64,000 nt of DNA. It comes from Auanema rhodensis. Taxonomy: Eukaryota; Animalia; Nematoda. Each line of letters begins with the position of its first letter. Positions within the stretch are counted from its first letter, which is position 1. Both the position numbers and the translations under genes were made by a program. The stretch is taken from the NCBI GenBank assembly GCA_964057225.1, contig OZ059899.1:9238001-9302000 (forward strand), read 5' to 3'. Below the pieces are notes generated by a model, which did no database searches, was not told where the DNA came from, and saw only the letters and a program-made list of their open reading frames with translations. Shown here piece after piece: positions 47,754 through 61,793 of this stretch.

Positions 47754-48290
47754 TAACTTTTTTTTATTTCACTTGTCATTCATAAAAATCGAATTTATTT
47801 TTTTCAATGATTTTTTTTTGCAATGTGTCATAAGAATTACACAGTTGAACAAAACGTTTTTTAAGAATTTTCTTTGTTGTCAACATATATATTTTCCTGG
47901 AATTCGAAAGCATTTGGGATGGAAATTAGAAAGAAAAGAACTAGTTTTTCCTACTTTAAAAAAAACAATAAGAAATAAAATGAAAAAGATTGTTAGATAT
48001 CCAATTTAAACTTATACATTTACTTCGATAAAGAGCCTATTAGATTGAAATTTTATGTCTTACAGTTCTCCAACAGAACAGACTGATCCTGATTTCTCTA
48101 TGATTACATAAAACTCCCGTTTGATATAAAAAAAGGAGAGGAATAACGTTTCCAGGATGTCAAGGATATCGAATCTAGTGATATTGTAGAGAAATGTAAT
48201 GTCAGCTCCATAGGTTTTCTCCTAATTTCTCTCATCACAATTGTCTTAGTTTTTTTTCTCATAAGAGTTTCTGAAATCTTAGGTGAACAA

Positions 48291-48363
48291 GGCCGCGTGG
48301 CGCAATGGATAACGCGTCTGCCTACGGAGCAGAAGATTGTAGGTTCGAATCCTGCCGTGGTCG
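48291..48363 (+). tRNA. tRNA-Arg(ACG)
   Basis: Consensus copy. Confidence 0.95.
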
Positions 48364-48898
48364 TAAATTTTTTTTATTTCACTTGTCATTCATAAAAATC
48401 GAATTTATTTTTTTCAATGATTTTTTTTGCAATGTGTCATAAGAATTACACAGTTGAACAAAACGTTTTTTAAGAATTTTCTTTGTTGTCAACATATATA
48501 TTTTCCTGGAATTCTAAAGCATTTGGGATGGAAATTAGAAAGAAAAGAACTAGTTTTTCCTACTTTAAAACAAACAATAAGAAATAAAATGAAAAAGATT
48601 GTTAGATATCCAATTTAAACTTATACATTTACTTCGATAAAGAGCCTATTAGATTGAAATTTTATGTCTTACAGTTCTCCAACAGAACAGACTGATCCTG
48701 ATTTCTCTATGATTACATAAAACTCCCGTTTGATATAAAAAAAGGAGAGGAATAACGTTTCCAGGATGTCAAGGATATCGAATCTAGTGATATCGTAGAG
48801 AAATGTAATGTCAGCTTCATAGCTTTTCTCTTGATTTCTCTCATCACAATTTTCTTAGTTTTTTTCTCATAAGAGTTTCTGAAATCTCAGTTAAACAA

Positions 48899-48971
48899 GG
48901 CCGCGTGGCGCAATGGATAACGCGTCTGCCTACGGAGCAGAAGATTGTAGGTTCGAATCCTGCCGTGGTCG
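48899..48971 (+). tRNA. tRNA-Arg(ACG)
   Basis: Consensus copy. Confidence 0.95.
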
Positions 48972-49917
48972 TAAATTTTTTTTATTTCACTTGTCATTCA
49001 TAAAAATCGAATTTATTTTTTTCAACGACTATTTTTGCAATGTGTCATAAGAATTTCACAGTTTAACAAAACGTTTTTTAAGAAGTTTTTTTGTTGTCAA
49101 CATATATATTTTGCTGGAATTCGAAAGCATTTGGGATGGAAATTAGAAAGAAAAGAACTAGTTTTTCCTACTTTAAAACAAACAATAAGAAATAAAATGA
49201 AAAAGATTGTTAGATATCCAATTTAAACTTATACATTTACTTCGATAAAGAGCCTATTAGATTAAAATTTTATGTCTTACAGTTCTCCAACAGAACAGAC
49301 TGATCCTGATTTTTCTACGATTACATAAAACTCTCGTTTGATATGAAAAAAGGAGAGGAATAACGTTTCCAGGATGTCAAGGATATCGAATCTAGTGATA
49401 TTGTAGAGAAATGTAATGTCAGCTCCATAGGTTTTCTCTTAATTTCTCTCATCACAATTGTCTTAGTTTTTTTCTCATAAGAGTTTCTGAAATCTTAGGT
49501 GAACAAGGCCGTATATAATTTCCTGTATTTCGAAAGCATTTGGGATGGAATTTAGAAAGAAAAGAACTAGTTTTTCCTACTTTAAAACAAACAATAAGAA
49601 ATAAAATGAAAAAGATTGTTAGATATCCAATTTAAACTTATACATTTACTTCGATAAAGAGCCTATTAGATTGAAATTTTATGTCTTACAGTTCTCCAAC
49701 AGAACAGACTGATCCTGATTTTTCTACGATTACATAAAACTCTCGTTTGATATAAAAAAAGGAGAGGAATAACGTTTCCAGGATGTCAAGGATATCGAAT
49801 CTAGTGATATTGTAGAAAAATGTAATGTCAGCTCCATAGGTTTTCTCTTAATTTCTCTCATCACAATATTCTTAGTTTTTTTTTCCCATAAGAGTTTCTG
49901 AAATCTTAGGTGAACAA

Positions 49918-49990
49918 GGCCGCGTGGCGCAATGGATAACGCGTCTGCCTACGGAGCAGAAGATTGTAGGTTCGAATCCTGCCGTGGTCG
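49918..49990 (+). tRNA. tRNA-Arg(ACG)
   Basis: Consensus copy. Confidence 0.95.
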
Positions 49991-50527
49991 TAAATTTTTT
50001 TTATTTCACTTGTCATTCATAAAAATCGAATTTATTTTTTTCAATGATTTTTTTTTGCAATGTGTCATAAGAATTACACAGTTGAACAAAACGTTTTTTA
50101 AGAATTTTCTTTGTTGTCAACATATATATTTTCCTGGAATTCGAAAGCATTTGGGATGGAAATTAGAAAGAAAAGAACTAGTTTTTCCTACTTTAAAAAA
50201 AACAATAAGAAATAAAATGAAAAAGATTGTTAGATATCCAATTTAAACTTATACATTTACTTCGATAAAGAGCCTATTAGATTGAAATTTTATGTCTTAC
50301 AGTTCTCCAACAGAACAGACTGATCCTGATTTCTCTATGATTACATAAAACTCCCGTTTGATATAAAAAAAGGAGAGGAATAACGTTTCCAGGATGTCAA
50401 GGATATCGAATCTAGTGATATTGTAGAGAAATGTAATGTCAGCTCCATAGGTTTTCTCCTAATTTCTCTCATCACAATTGTCTTAGTTTTTTTTCTCATA
50501 AGAGTTTCTGAAATCTTAGGTGAACAA

Positions 50528-50600
50528 GGCCGCGTGGCGCAATGGATAACGCGTCTGCCTACGGAGCAGAAGATTGTAGGTTCGAATCCTGCCGTGGTCG
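50528..50600 (+). tRNA. tRNA-Arg(ACG)
   Basis: Consensus copy. Confidence 0.95.
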
Positions 50601-51136
50601 TAAATTTTTTTTATTTCACTTGTCATTCATAAAAATCGAATTTATTTTTTTCAATGATTTTTTTTTGCAATGTGTCATAAGAATTACACAGTTGAACAAA
50701 ACGTTTCTTAAGAATTTTCTTTGTTGTCAACATATATATTTTCCTGGAATTCTAAAGCATTTGGGATGGAAATTAGAAAGAAAAGAACTAGTTTTTCCTA
50801 CTTTAAAACAAACAATAAGAAATAAAATGAAAAAGATTGTTAGATATCCAATTTAAACTTATACATTTACTTCGATAAAGAGCCTATTAGATTGAAATTT
50901 TATGTCTTACAGTTCTCCAACAGAACAGACTGATCCTGATTTCTCTATGATTACATAAAACTCCCGTTTGATATAAAAAAAGGAGAGGAATAACGTTTCC
51001 AGGATGTCAAGGATATCGAATCTAGTGATATCGTAGAGAAATGTAATGTCAGCTTCATAGCTTTTCTCTTGATTTCTCTCATCACAATTGTCTTAGTTTT
51101 TTTCTCATAAGAGTTTCTGAAATCTCAGTTAAACAA

Positions 51137-51209
51137 GGCCGCGTGGCGCAATGGATAACGCGTCTGCCTACGGAGCAGAAGATTGTAGGTTCGAATCCTG
51201 CCGTGGTCG
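51137..51209 (+). tRNA. tRNA-Arg(ACG)
   Basis: Consensus copy. Confidence 0.95.
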
Positions 51210-52155
51210 TAAATTTTTTTTATTTCACTTGTCATTCATAAAAATCGAATTTATTTTTTTCAACGACTATTTTTGCAATGTGTCATAAGAATTTCACAGT
51301 TTAACAAAACGTTTTTTAAGAAGTTTTTTTGTTGTCAACATATATATTTTGCTGGAATTCGAAAGCATTTGGGATGGAAATTAGAAAGAAAAGAACTAGT
51401 TTTTCCTACTTTAAAACAAACAATAAGAAATAAAATGAAAAAGATTGTTAGATATCCAATTTAAACTTATACATTTACTTCGATAAAGAGCCTATTAGAT
51501 TAAAATTTTATGTCTTACAGTTCTCCAACAGAACAGACTGATCCTGATTTTTCTACGATTACATAAAACTCTCGTTTGATATGAAAAAAGGAGAGGAATA
51601 ACGTTTCCAGGATGTCAAGGATATCGAATCTAGTGATATTGTAGAGAAATGTAATGTCAGCTCCATAGGTTTTCTCTTAATTTCTCTCATCACAATTGTC
51701 TTAGTTTTTTTCTCATAAGAGTTTCTGAAATCTTAGGTGAACAAGGCCGTATATAATTTCCTGTATTTCGAAAGCATTTGGGATGGAATTTAGAAAGAAA
51801 AGAACTAGTTTTTCCTACTTTAAAACAAACAATAAGAAATAAAATGAAAAAGATTGTTAGATATCCAATTTAAACTTATACATTTACTTCGATAAAGAGC
51901 CTATTAGATTGAAATTTTATGTCTTACAGTTCTCCAACAGAACAGACTGATCCTGATTTTTCTACGATTACATAAAACTCTCGTTTGATATAAAAAAAGG
52001 AGAGGAATAACGTTTCCAGGATGTCAAGGATATCGAATCTAGTGATATTGTAGAAAAATGTAATGTCAGCTCCATAGGTTTTCTCCTAATTTCTCTCATC
52101 ACAATTGTCTTAGTTTTTTTTTCTCATAAGAGTTTCTGAAATCTTAGTTGAACAA

Positions 52156-52228
52156 GGCCGCGTGGCGCAATGGATAACGCGTCTGCCTACGGAGCAGAAG
52201 ATTGTAGGTTCGAATCCTGCCGTGGTCG
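52156..52228 (+). tRNA. tRNA-Arg(ACG)
   Basis: Consensus copy. Confidence 0.95.
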
Positions 52229-53174
52229 TAAATTTTTTTCATTTCACTTGTCATTCATAAAAATCGAATTTATTTTTTTCCATGATTTTTTTTTGCAATG
52301 TGTCATAAAAATTACACAGTTGAACAAAACGTTTTTTAAGTATTTTCTTTGTTGTCAACATATATATTTTCCTGGAATTCGAAAGCATTTGGGATGGAAA
52401 TTAGAAAGGAAAGAACTAGTTTTTCCTACTTTAAAACAAACAATAAGAAATAAAATGAAAAAGATTGTCAGATATCCAATTTAAACTTATACATTTACTT
52501 CGATAAAGAGCCTATTAGATTGAAATTTTATGTCTTACAGTTCTCCAACAGAACAGACTGATCCTGATTTCTCTATGATTACATAAAACTCCCGTTTGAT
52601 ATAAAAAAAGGAGAGGAATAACGTTTCCAGGATGTCAAGGATATCGAATCTAGTGATATTGTAGAGAAATGTAATGTCAGCTTCATAGGTTTTCTCTTAA
52701 TTTCTCTCATCACAATTGTCTTAGTTTTTTTCTCATAAGAGTTTCTGAAATCTTAGGTGAACAAGGCCGTATATAATTTCCTGTAATTCGAAAGCATTTG
52801 GGATGGAATTTAGAAAGAAAAGAACTAGTTTTTCCTACTTTAAAACAAACAATAAGAAATAAAATGAAAAAGATTGTTAGATATCCAATTTAAACTTATA
52901 CATTTACTTCGATAAAGAGCCTATTAGATTGAAATTTTATGTCTTACAGTTCTCCAACAGAACAGACTGATCCTGATTTTTCTACGATTACATAAAACTC
53001 TCGTTTGATATAAAAAAAGGAGAGGAATAACGTTTCCAGGATGTCAAGGATATCGAATCTAGTGATATTGTAGAAAAATGTAATGTCAGCTCCATAGGTT
53101 TTCTCCTAATTTCTCTTATCACAATTGTCTTAGTTTTTTTTCTCATAAGAGTTTCTGAAATCTTAGTTGAACAA

Positions 53175-53247
53175 GGCCGCGTGGCGCAATGGAAAACGCG
53201 TCTGCCTACGGAGCAGAAGATTGTAGGTTCGAATCCTGCCGTGGTCG
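53175..53247 (+). tRNA. tRNA-Arg(ACG), T20A D-loop variant
   Basis: ATGGAAAACG. Confidence 0.92.
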
Positions 53248-54602
53248 TAACTTTTTTTTATTTCACTTGTCATTCATAAAAATCGAATTTATTTTTTTCA
53301 ATGATTTTTTTTTGCAATGTGTCATAAGAATTACACAGTTGAACAAAACGTTTTTTAAGAAGTTTCTTTGTTGTCAACATATATATTTTCCTGGAATTCG
53401 AAAGCATTTGGGATGGAAATTAGAAAGAAAAGAACTAGTTTTTCCTACTTTAAAAAAAACAATAAGAAATAAAATGAAAAAGATTGTTAGATATCCAATT
53501 TAAACTTATACATTTACTTCGATAAAGAGCCTATTAGATTGAAATTTTATGTCTTACAGTTCTCCAACAGAACAGACTGATCCTGATTTCTCTATGATTA
53601 CATAAAACTCCCGTTTGATATAAAAAAAGGAGAGGAATAACGTTTCCAGGATGTCAAGGATATCGAATCTAGTGATATTGTAGAGAAATGTAATGTCAGC
53701 TTCATAGGTTTTCTCTTAATTTCTCTCATCACAATTGTCTTAGTTTTTTTCTCATAAGAGTTTCTGAAATCTTAGGTGAACAAGGCCGTATATAATTTCC
53801 TGTAATTCGAAAGCATTTGGGATGGAATTTAGAAAGAAAAGAACTAGTTTTTCCTACTTTAAAACAAACAATAAGAAATAAAATGAAAAAGATTGTTAGA
53901 TATCCAATTTAAACTTATACATTTACTTTGATAAAGAGCCTATTAGATTGAAATTTTATGTCTTACAGTTCTCCAACAGAACAGACTGATCCTGATTTTT
54001 CTACGATTACATAAAACTCTCGTTTGATATAAAAAAAGGAGAGGAATAACGTTTCCAGGATGTCAAGGATATCGAATCTAGTGATATTGTAGAAAAATGT
54101 AATGTCAGCTCCATAGGTTTTCTCCTAATTTCTCTCATCACAATTGTCTTAGTTTTTTTTCTCATAAGAGTTTCTGAAATCTTAGGTGAACAAGGCCGTA
54201 TATAATTTCCTGTAATTCGAAAGCATTTGGGATGGAATTTAGAAAGAAAAGAACTAGTTTTTCCTACTTTAAAACAAACAATAAGAAATAAAATGAAAAA
54301 GATTGTTAGATATCCAATTTAAACTTATACATTTACTTCGATAAAGAGCCTATTAGATTGAAATTTTATGTCTTACAGTTCTCCAACAGAACAGACTGAT
54401 CCTGATTTTTCTACGATTACATAAAACTCTCGTTTGATATAAAAAAAGGAGAGGAATAACGTTTCCAGGATGTCAAGGATATCGAATCTAGTGATATCGT
54501 AGAGAAATGTAATGTCAGCTTCATAGCTTTTCTCTTGATTTCTCTCATCACAATTGTCTTAGTTTTTTTCTCATAAGAGTTTCTGAAATCTCAGTTAAAC
54601 AA

Positions 54603-54675
54603 GGCCGCGTGGCGCAATGGATAACGCGTCTGCCTACGGAGCAGAAGATTGTAGGTTCGAATCCTGCCGTGGTCG
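54603..54675 (+). tRNA. tRNA-Arg(ACG)
   Basis: Consensus copy. Confidence 0.95.
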
Positions 54676-55621
54676 TAAATTTTTTTTATTTCACTTGTCA
54701 TTCATAAAAATCGAATTTATTTTTTTCAACGACTATTTTTGCAATGTGTCATAAGAATTTCACAGTTTAACAAAACGTTTTTTAAGAAGTTTTTTTGTTG
54801 TCAACATATATATTTTGCTGGAATTCGAAAGCATTTGGGATGGAAATTAGAAAGAAAAGAACTAGTTTTTCCTACTTTAAAACAAACAATAAGAAATAAA
54901 ATGAAAAAGATTGTTAGATATCCAATTTAAACTTATACATTTACTTCGATAAAGAGCCTATTAGATTAAAATTTTATGTCTTACAGTTCTCCAACAGAAC
55001 AGACTGATCCTGATTTTTCTACGATTACATAAAACTCTCGTTTGATATGAAAAAAGGAGAGGAATAACGTTTCCAGGATGTCAAGGATATCGAATCTAGT
55101 GATATTGTAGAGAAATGTAATGTCAGCTCCATAGGTTTTCTCTTAATTTCTCTCATCACAATTGTCTTAGTTTTTTTCTCATAAGAGTTTCTGAAATCTT
55201 AGGTGAACAAGGCCGTATATAATTTCCTGTATTTCGAAAGCATTTGGGATGGAATTTAGAAAGAAAAGAACTAGTTTTTCCTACTTTAAAACAAACAATA
55301 AGAAATAAAATGAAAAAGATTGTTAGATATCCAATTTAAACTTATACATTTACTTCGATAAAGAGCCTATTAGATTGAAATTTTATGTCTTACAGTTCTC
55401 CAACAGAACAGACTGATCCTGATTTTTCAACGATTACATAAAACTCTCGTTTGATATAAAAAAAGGAGAGGAATAACGTTTCCAGGATGTCAAGGATATC
55501 GAATCTAGTGATATTGTAGAAAAATGTAATGTCAGCTCCATAGGTTTTCTCCTAATTTCTCTCATCACAATTGTCTTAGTTTTTTTTTCTCATAAGAGTT
55601 TCTGAAATCTTAGTTGAACAA

Positions 55622-55694
55622 GGCCGCGTGGCGCAATGGATAACGCGTCTGCCTACGGAGCAGAAGATTGTAGGTTCGAATCCTGCCGTGGTCG
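55622..55694 (+). tRNA. tRNA-Arg(ACG)
   Basis: Consensus copy. Confidence 0.95.
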
Positions 55695-56640
55695 TAAATT
55701 TTTTTCATTTCACTTGTCATTCATAAAAATCGAATTTATTTTTTTCCATGATTTTTTTTTGCAATGTGTCATAAAAATTACACAGTTGAACAAAACGTTT
55801 TTTAAGTATTTTCTTTGTTGTCAACATATATATTTTCCTGGAATTCGAAAGCATTTGGGATGGAAATTAGAAAGGAAAGAACTAGTTTTTCCTACTTTAA
55901 AACAAACAATAAGAAATAAAATGAAAAAGATTGTCAGATATCCAATTTAAACTTATACATTTACTTCGATAAAGAGCCTATTAGATTGAAATTTTATGTC
56001 TTACAGTTCTCCAACAGAACAGACTGATCCTGATTTCTCTATGATTACATAAAACTCCCGTTTGATATAAAAAAAGGAGAGGAATAACGTTTCCAGGATG
56101 TCAAGGATATCGAATCTAGTGATATTGTAGAGAAATGTAATGTCAGCTTCATAGGTTTTCTCTTAATTTCTCTCATCACAATTGTCTTAGTTTTTTTCTC
56201 ATAAGAGTTTCTGAAATCTTAGGTGAACAAGGCCGTATATAATTTCCTGTAATTCGAAAGCATTTGGGATGGAATTTAGAAAGAAAAGAACTAGTTTTTC
56301 CTACTTTAAAACAAACAATAAGAAATAAAATGAAAAAGATTGTTAGATATCCAATTTAAACTTATACATTTACTTCGATAAAGAGCCTATTAGATTGAAA
56401 TTTTATGTCTTACAGTTCTCCAACAGAACAGACTGATCCTGATTTTTCTACGATTACATAAAACTCTCGTTTGATATAAAAAAAGGAGAGGAATAACGTT
56501 TCCAGGATGTCAAGGATATCGAATCTAGTGATATTGTAGAAAAATGTAATGTCAGCTCCATAGGTTTTCTCCTAATTTCTCTTATCACAATTGTCTTAGT
56601 TTTTTTTCTCATAAGAGTTTCTGAAATCTTAGTTGAACAA

Positions 56641-56713
56641 GGCCGCGTGGCGCAATGGAAAACGCGTCTGCCTACGGAGCAGAAGATTGTAGGTTCGAAT
56701 CCTGCCGTGGTCG
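56641..56713 (+). tRNA. tRNA-Arg(ACG), T20A D-loop variant
   Basis: ATGGAAAACG; duplicate of 53175 copy. Confidence 0.92.
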
Positions 56714-57659
56714 TAACTTTTTTTTATTTCACTTGTCATTCATAAAAATCGAATTTATTTTTTTCAATGATTTTTTTTTGCAATGTGTCATAAGAATTAC
56801 ACAGTTGAACAAAACGTTTTTTAAGAAGTTTCTTTGTTGTCAACATATATATTTTCCTGGAATTCGAAAGCATTTGGGATGGAAATTAGAAAGAAAAGAA
56901 CTAGTTTTTCCTACTTTAAAAAAAACAATAAGAAATAAAATGAAAAAGATTGTTAGATATCCAATTTAAACTTATACATTTACTTCGATAAAGAGCCTAT
57001 TAGATTGAAATTTTATGTCTTACAGTTCTCCAACAGAACAGACTGATCCTGATTTCTCTATGATTACATAAAACTCCCGTTTGATATAAAAAAAGGAGAG
57101 GAATAACGTTTCCAGGATGTCAAGGATATCGAATCTAGTGATATTGTAGAGAAATGTAATGTCAGCTTCATAGGTTTTCTCTTAATTTCTCTCATCACAA
57201 TTGTCTTAGTTTTTTTCTCATAAGAGTTTCTGAAATCTTAGGTGAACAAGGCCGTATATAATTTCCTGTAATTCGAAAGCATTTGGGATGGAATTTAGAA
57301 AGAAAAGAACTAGTTTTTCCTACTTTAAAACAAACAATAAGAAATAAAATGAAAAAGATTGTTAGATATCCAATTTAAACTTATACATTTACTTCGATAA
57401 AAAGCCTATTAGATTGAAATTTTATGTCTTACAGTTCTCCAACAGAACAGACTGATCCTGATTTTTCTACGATTACATAAAACTCTCGTTTGATATAAAA
57501 AAAGGAGAGGAATAACGTTTCCAGGATGTCAAGGATATCGAATCTAGTGATATTGTAGAAAAATGTAATGTCAGCTCCATAGGTTTTCTCCTAATTTCTC
57601 TCATCACAATTGTCTTAGTTTTTTTTCTCATAAGAGTTTCTGAAATCTTAGTTGAACAA

Positions 57660-57732
57660 GGCCGCGTGGCGCAATGGATAACGCGTCTGCCTACGGAGCA
57701 GAAGATTGTAGGTTCGAATCCTGCCGTGGTCG
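57660..57732 (+). tRNA. tRNA-Arg(ACG)
   Basis: Consensus copy. Confidence 0.95.
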
Positions 57733-58269
57733 TAACTTTTTTTTATTTCACTTGTCATTCATAAAAATCGAATTTATTTTTTTCAATGATTTTTTTTTAC
57801 AATGTGTCATAAGAATTACACAGTTGAACAAAACGTTTTTTAAGAATTTTCTTTGTTGTCAACATATATATTTTCCTGGAATTCGAAAGCATTTGGGATG
57901 GAAATTAGAAAGAAAAGAACTAGTTTTTCCTACTTTAAAACAAACAATAAGAAATAAAATGAAAAAGATTGTTAGATATCCAATTTAAACTTATACATTT
58001 ACTTCGATAAAGAGCCTATTAGATTGAAATTTTATGTCTTACAGTTCTCCAACAGAACAGACTGATCCTGATTTTTCTACGATTACATAAAACTCTCGTT
58101 TGATATAAAAAAAGGAGAGGAATAACGTTTCCAGGATGTCAAGGATATCGAATCTAGTGATATTGTAGAAAAATGTAATGTCAGCTCCATAGGTTTTCTC
58201 CTAATTTCTCTCATCACAATTGTCTTAGTTTTTTTTCTCATAAGAGTTTCTGAAATCTTAGTTGAACAA

Positions 58270-58342
58270 GGCCGCGTGGCGCAATGGATAACGCGTCTGC
58301 CTACGGAGCAGAAGATTGTAGGTTCGAATCCTGCCGTGGTCG
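58270..58342 (+). tRNA. tRNA-Arg(ACG)
   Basis: Consensus copy. Confidence 0.95.
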
Positions 58343-58878
58343 TAACTTTTTTTTATTTCACTTGTCATTCATAAAAATCGAATTTATTTTTTTCAATGAT
58401 TTTTTTTTGCAATGTGTCATAAGAATTACACAGTTGAACAAAACGTTTTTTAAGAAGTTTCTTTGTTGTCAACATATATATTTTCCTGGAATTCGAAAGC
58501 ATTTGGGATGGAAATTAGAAAAAAAAGAACTAGTTTTTCCTACTTTAAAAAAAACAATAAGAAATAAAATGAAAAAGATTGTTAGATATCCAATTTAAAC
58601 TTATACATATACTTCGATAAAGAGCCTATTAGATTGAAATTTTATGTCTTACAGTTCTCCAACAGAACAGACTGATCCTGATTTCTCTATGATTACATAA
58701 AACTCCCGTTTGATATAAAAAAAGGAGAGGAATAACGTTTCCAGGATGTCAAGGATATCGAATCTAGTGATATTGTAGAGAAATGTAATGTCAGCTTCAT
58801 AGCTTTTCTCTTAATTTCTCTCATCACAATTGTCTTAGTTTTTTTCTCATAAGAGTTTCTGAAATCTCAGTTAAACAA

Positions 58879-58951
58879 GGTCGCGTGGCGCAATGGATAA
58901 TGCGCCTGCCTACGGAGCAGAAGATTGTAGGTTCGAATCCTGCCGTGGTCG
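58879..58951 (+). tRNA. tRNA-Arg(ACG), triple variant C3T/C23T/T27C (possible pseudogene)
   Basis: GGTCGCG...ATAATGCGCCTGCC weakens acceptor, D and anticodon stems. Confidence 0.75.
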
Positions 58952-59486
58952 TAAATTTTTTTCATTTTACTTGTCATTTACAAAAATCGAATTTATCTTC
59001 TTCAACGATTATTTTTGCAATGTGTCATAAAAATTACACAGTTGAACAAAACGTTTTTTAAGTATTTTCTTTGTTGTCAACATATATATTTTCCTGGAAT
59101 TCGAAAGCATTTGGGATGGAAATTAGAAAGGAAAGAACTAGTTTTTCCTACTTTAAAACAAACAATAAGAAATAAAATGAAAAAGATTGTCAGATATCCA
59201 ATTTAAACTTATACATTTACTTCGATAAAGAGCCTATTAGATTGAAATTTTATGTCTTACAGTTCTCCAACAGAACAGACTGATCCTGTTTTTTCTACGA
59301 TTACATAAAACTCTCGTTTGATATAAAAAAAGGAGAGGAATAACGTTTCCAGGATGTCAAGGATATCGAATCTAGTGATATTGTAGAGAAATGTAATGTC
59401 AGCTTCATAGCTTTTCTCTTGATTTCTCTCATCACAATTGTCTTAGTTTTTTTCTCATAAGAGTTTCTGAAATCTCAGTTAAACAA

Positions 59487-59559
59487 GGCCGCGTGGCGCA
59501 ATGGATAACGCGTCTGCCTACGGAGCAGAAGATTGTAGGTTCGAATCCTGCCGTGGTCG
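59487..59559 (+). tRNA. tRNA-Arg(ACG)
   Basis: Consensus copy. Confidence 0.95.
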
Positions 59560-60504
59560 TAAATTTTTTTCATTTCACTTGTCATTCATAAAAATCGAAT
59601 TTATTTTTTTCAATGATTTTTTTTTGCAATGTGTCATAAAAATTACACAGTTGAACAAAACATTTTTTAAGTATTTTCTTTGTTGTCAACATATATATTT
59701 TCCTGGAATTCGAAAGCATTTGGGATGGAAATTAGAAAGAAAAAACTAGTTTTTCCTACTTTAAAACAAACAATAAGAAATAAAATAAAAAGATTGTTAG
59801 ATATCCAATTTAAACTTATACATTTACTTCGATAAAGAGCCTATTAGATTGAAATTTTATGTCTTACAGTTCTCCAACAGAACAGACTGATCCTGATTTT
59901 TCTACGATTACATAAAACTCTCGTTTGATATAAAAAAAGGAGAGGAACAACGTTTCCAGGATGTCAAGGATATCGAATCTAGTGATATTGTAGAAAAATG
60001 TAATGTCAGCTCCATAGGTTTTCTCCTAATTTCTCTCATCACAATTGTCTTAGTTTTTTTTCTCATAAGAGTTTCTGAAATCTTAGGTGAACAAGGCCGT
60101 ATATATTTTCCTGGAATTCGAAAGCATTCGGGATGGAAATTAGAAAGAAAAGAACTAGTTTTTCCTACTTTAAAACAAACAATAAGAATTAAAATGAAAA
60201 AGATTGTTAGATATCCAATTTAAACTTATACATTTACTTCGATAAAGAGCCTATTAGATTGAAATTTTATGTCTTACAGTTCTCCAACAGAACAGACTGA
60301 TCCTGATTTTTCTACGATTACATAAAACTCTCGTTTGATATAAAAAAAGGAGAGGAATAACGTTTCCAGGATGTCAAGGATATCGAATCTAGTGATATTG
60401 TAGAAAAATGTAATGTCAGCTCCATAGGTTTTCTCCTAATTTCTCTCATCACAATTGTCTTAGTTTTTTTTCTCATAAGAGTTTCTGAAATCTTAGTTGA
60501 ACAA

Positions 60505-60577
60505 GGCCGCGTGGCGCAATGGATAACGCGTCTGCCTACGGAGCAGAAGATTGTAGGTTCGAATCCTGCCGTGGTCG
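60505..60577 (+). tRNA. tRNA-Arg(ACG)
   Basis: Consensus copy. Confidence 0.95.
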
Positions 60578-61112
60578 TAACTTTTTTTTATTTCACTTGT
60601 CATTCATAAAAATCGAATTTATCTTCTTCAACGATTATTTTTGCAATGTGTCATAAAAATTACACAGTTGAACAAAACGTTTTTTAAGTATTTTCTTTGT
60701 TGTCAACATATATATTTTCCTGGAATTCGAAAGCATTTGGGATGGAAATTAGAAAGGAAAGAACTAGTTTTTCCTACTTTAAAACAAACAATAAGAAATA
60801 AAATGAAAAAGATTGTCAGATATCCAATTTAAACTTATACATTTACTTCGATAAAGAGCCTATTAGATTGAAATTTTATGTCTTACAGTTCTCCAACAGA
60901 ACAGACTGATCCTGTTTTTTCTACGATTACATAAAACTCTCGTTTGATATAAAAAAAGGAGAGGAATAACGTTTCCAGGATGTCAAGGATATCGAATCTA
61001 GTGATATTGTAGAGAAATGTAATGTCAGCTTCATAGCTTTTCTCTTGATTTCTCTCATCACAATTGTCTTAGTTTTTTTCTCATAAGAGTTTCTGAAATC
61101 TCAGTTAAACAA

Positions 61113-61185
61113 GGCCGCGTGGCGCAATGGATAACGCGTCTGCCTACGGAGCAGAAGATTGTAGGTTCGAATCCTGCCGTGGTCG
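61113..61185 (+). tRNA. tRNA-Arg(ACG)
   Basis: Consensus copy. Confidence 0.95.
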
Positions 61186-61720
61186 TAAATTTTTTTCATT
61201 TCACTTGTCATTCATAAAAATCGAATTTATTTTTTTCAATGATTTTTTTTTGCAATGTGTCATAAAAATTACACAGTTGAACAAAACGTTTTTTAAGTAT
61301 TTTCTTTGTTGTCAACATATATATTTTCCTGGAATTCGAAAGCATTTGGGATGGAAATTAGAAAGAAAAAACTAGTTTTTCCTACTTTAAAACAAACAAT
61401 AAGAAATAAAATAAAAAGATTGTTAGATATCCAATTTAAACTTATACATTTACTTCGATAAAGAGCCTATTAGATTGAAATTTTATGTCTTACAGTTCTC
61501 CAACAGAACAGACTGATCCTGTTTTTTCTACGATTACATAAAACTCTCGTTTGATATAAAAAAAGGAGAGGAATAACGTTTCCAGGATGTCAAGGATATC
61601 GAATCTAGTGATATTGTAGAGAAATGTAATGTCAGCTCCATAGGTTTTCTCCTAATTTCTCTCATCACAATTGTCTTAGTTTTTTTTCTCATAAGAGTTT
61701 CTGAAATCTTAGTTGAACAA

Positions 61721-61793
61721 GGCCGCGTGGCGCAATGGATAACGCGTCTGCCTACGGAGCAGAAGATTGTAGGTTCGAATCCTGCCGTGGTCG
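61721..61793 (+). tRNA. tRNA-Arg(ACG)
   Basis: Consensus copy. Confidence 0.95.
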
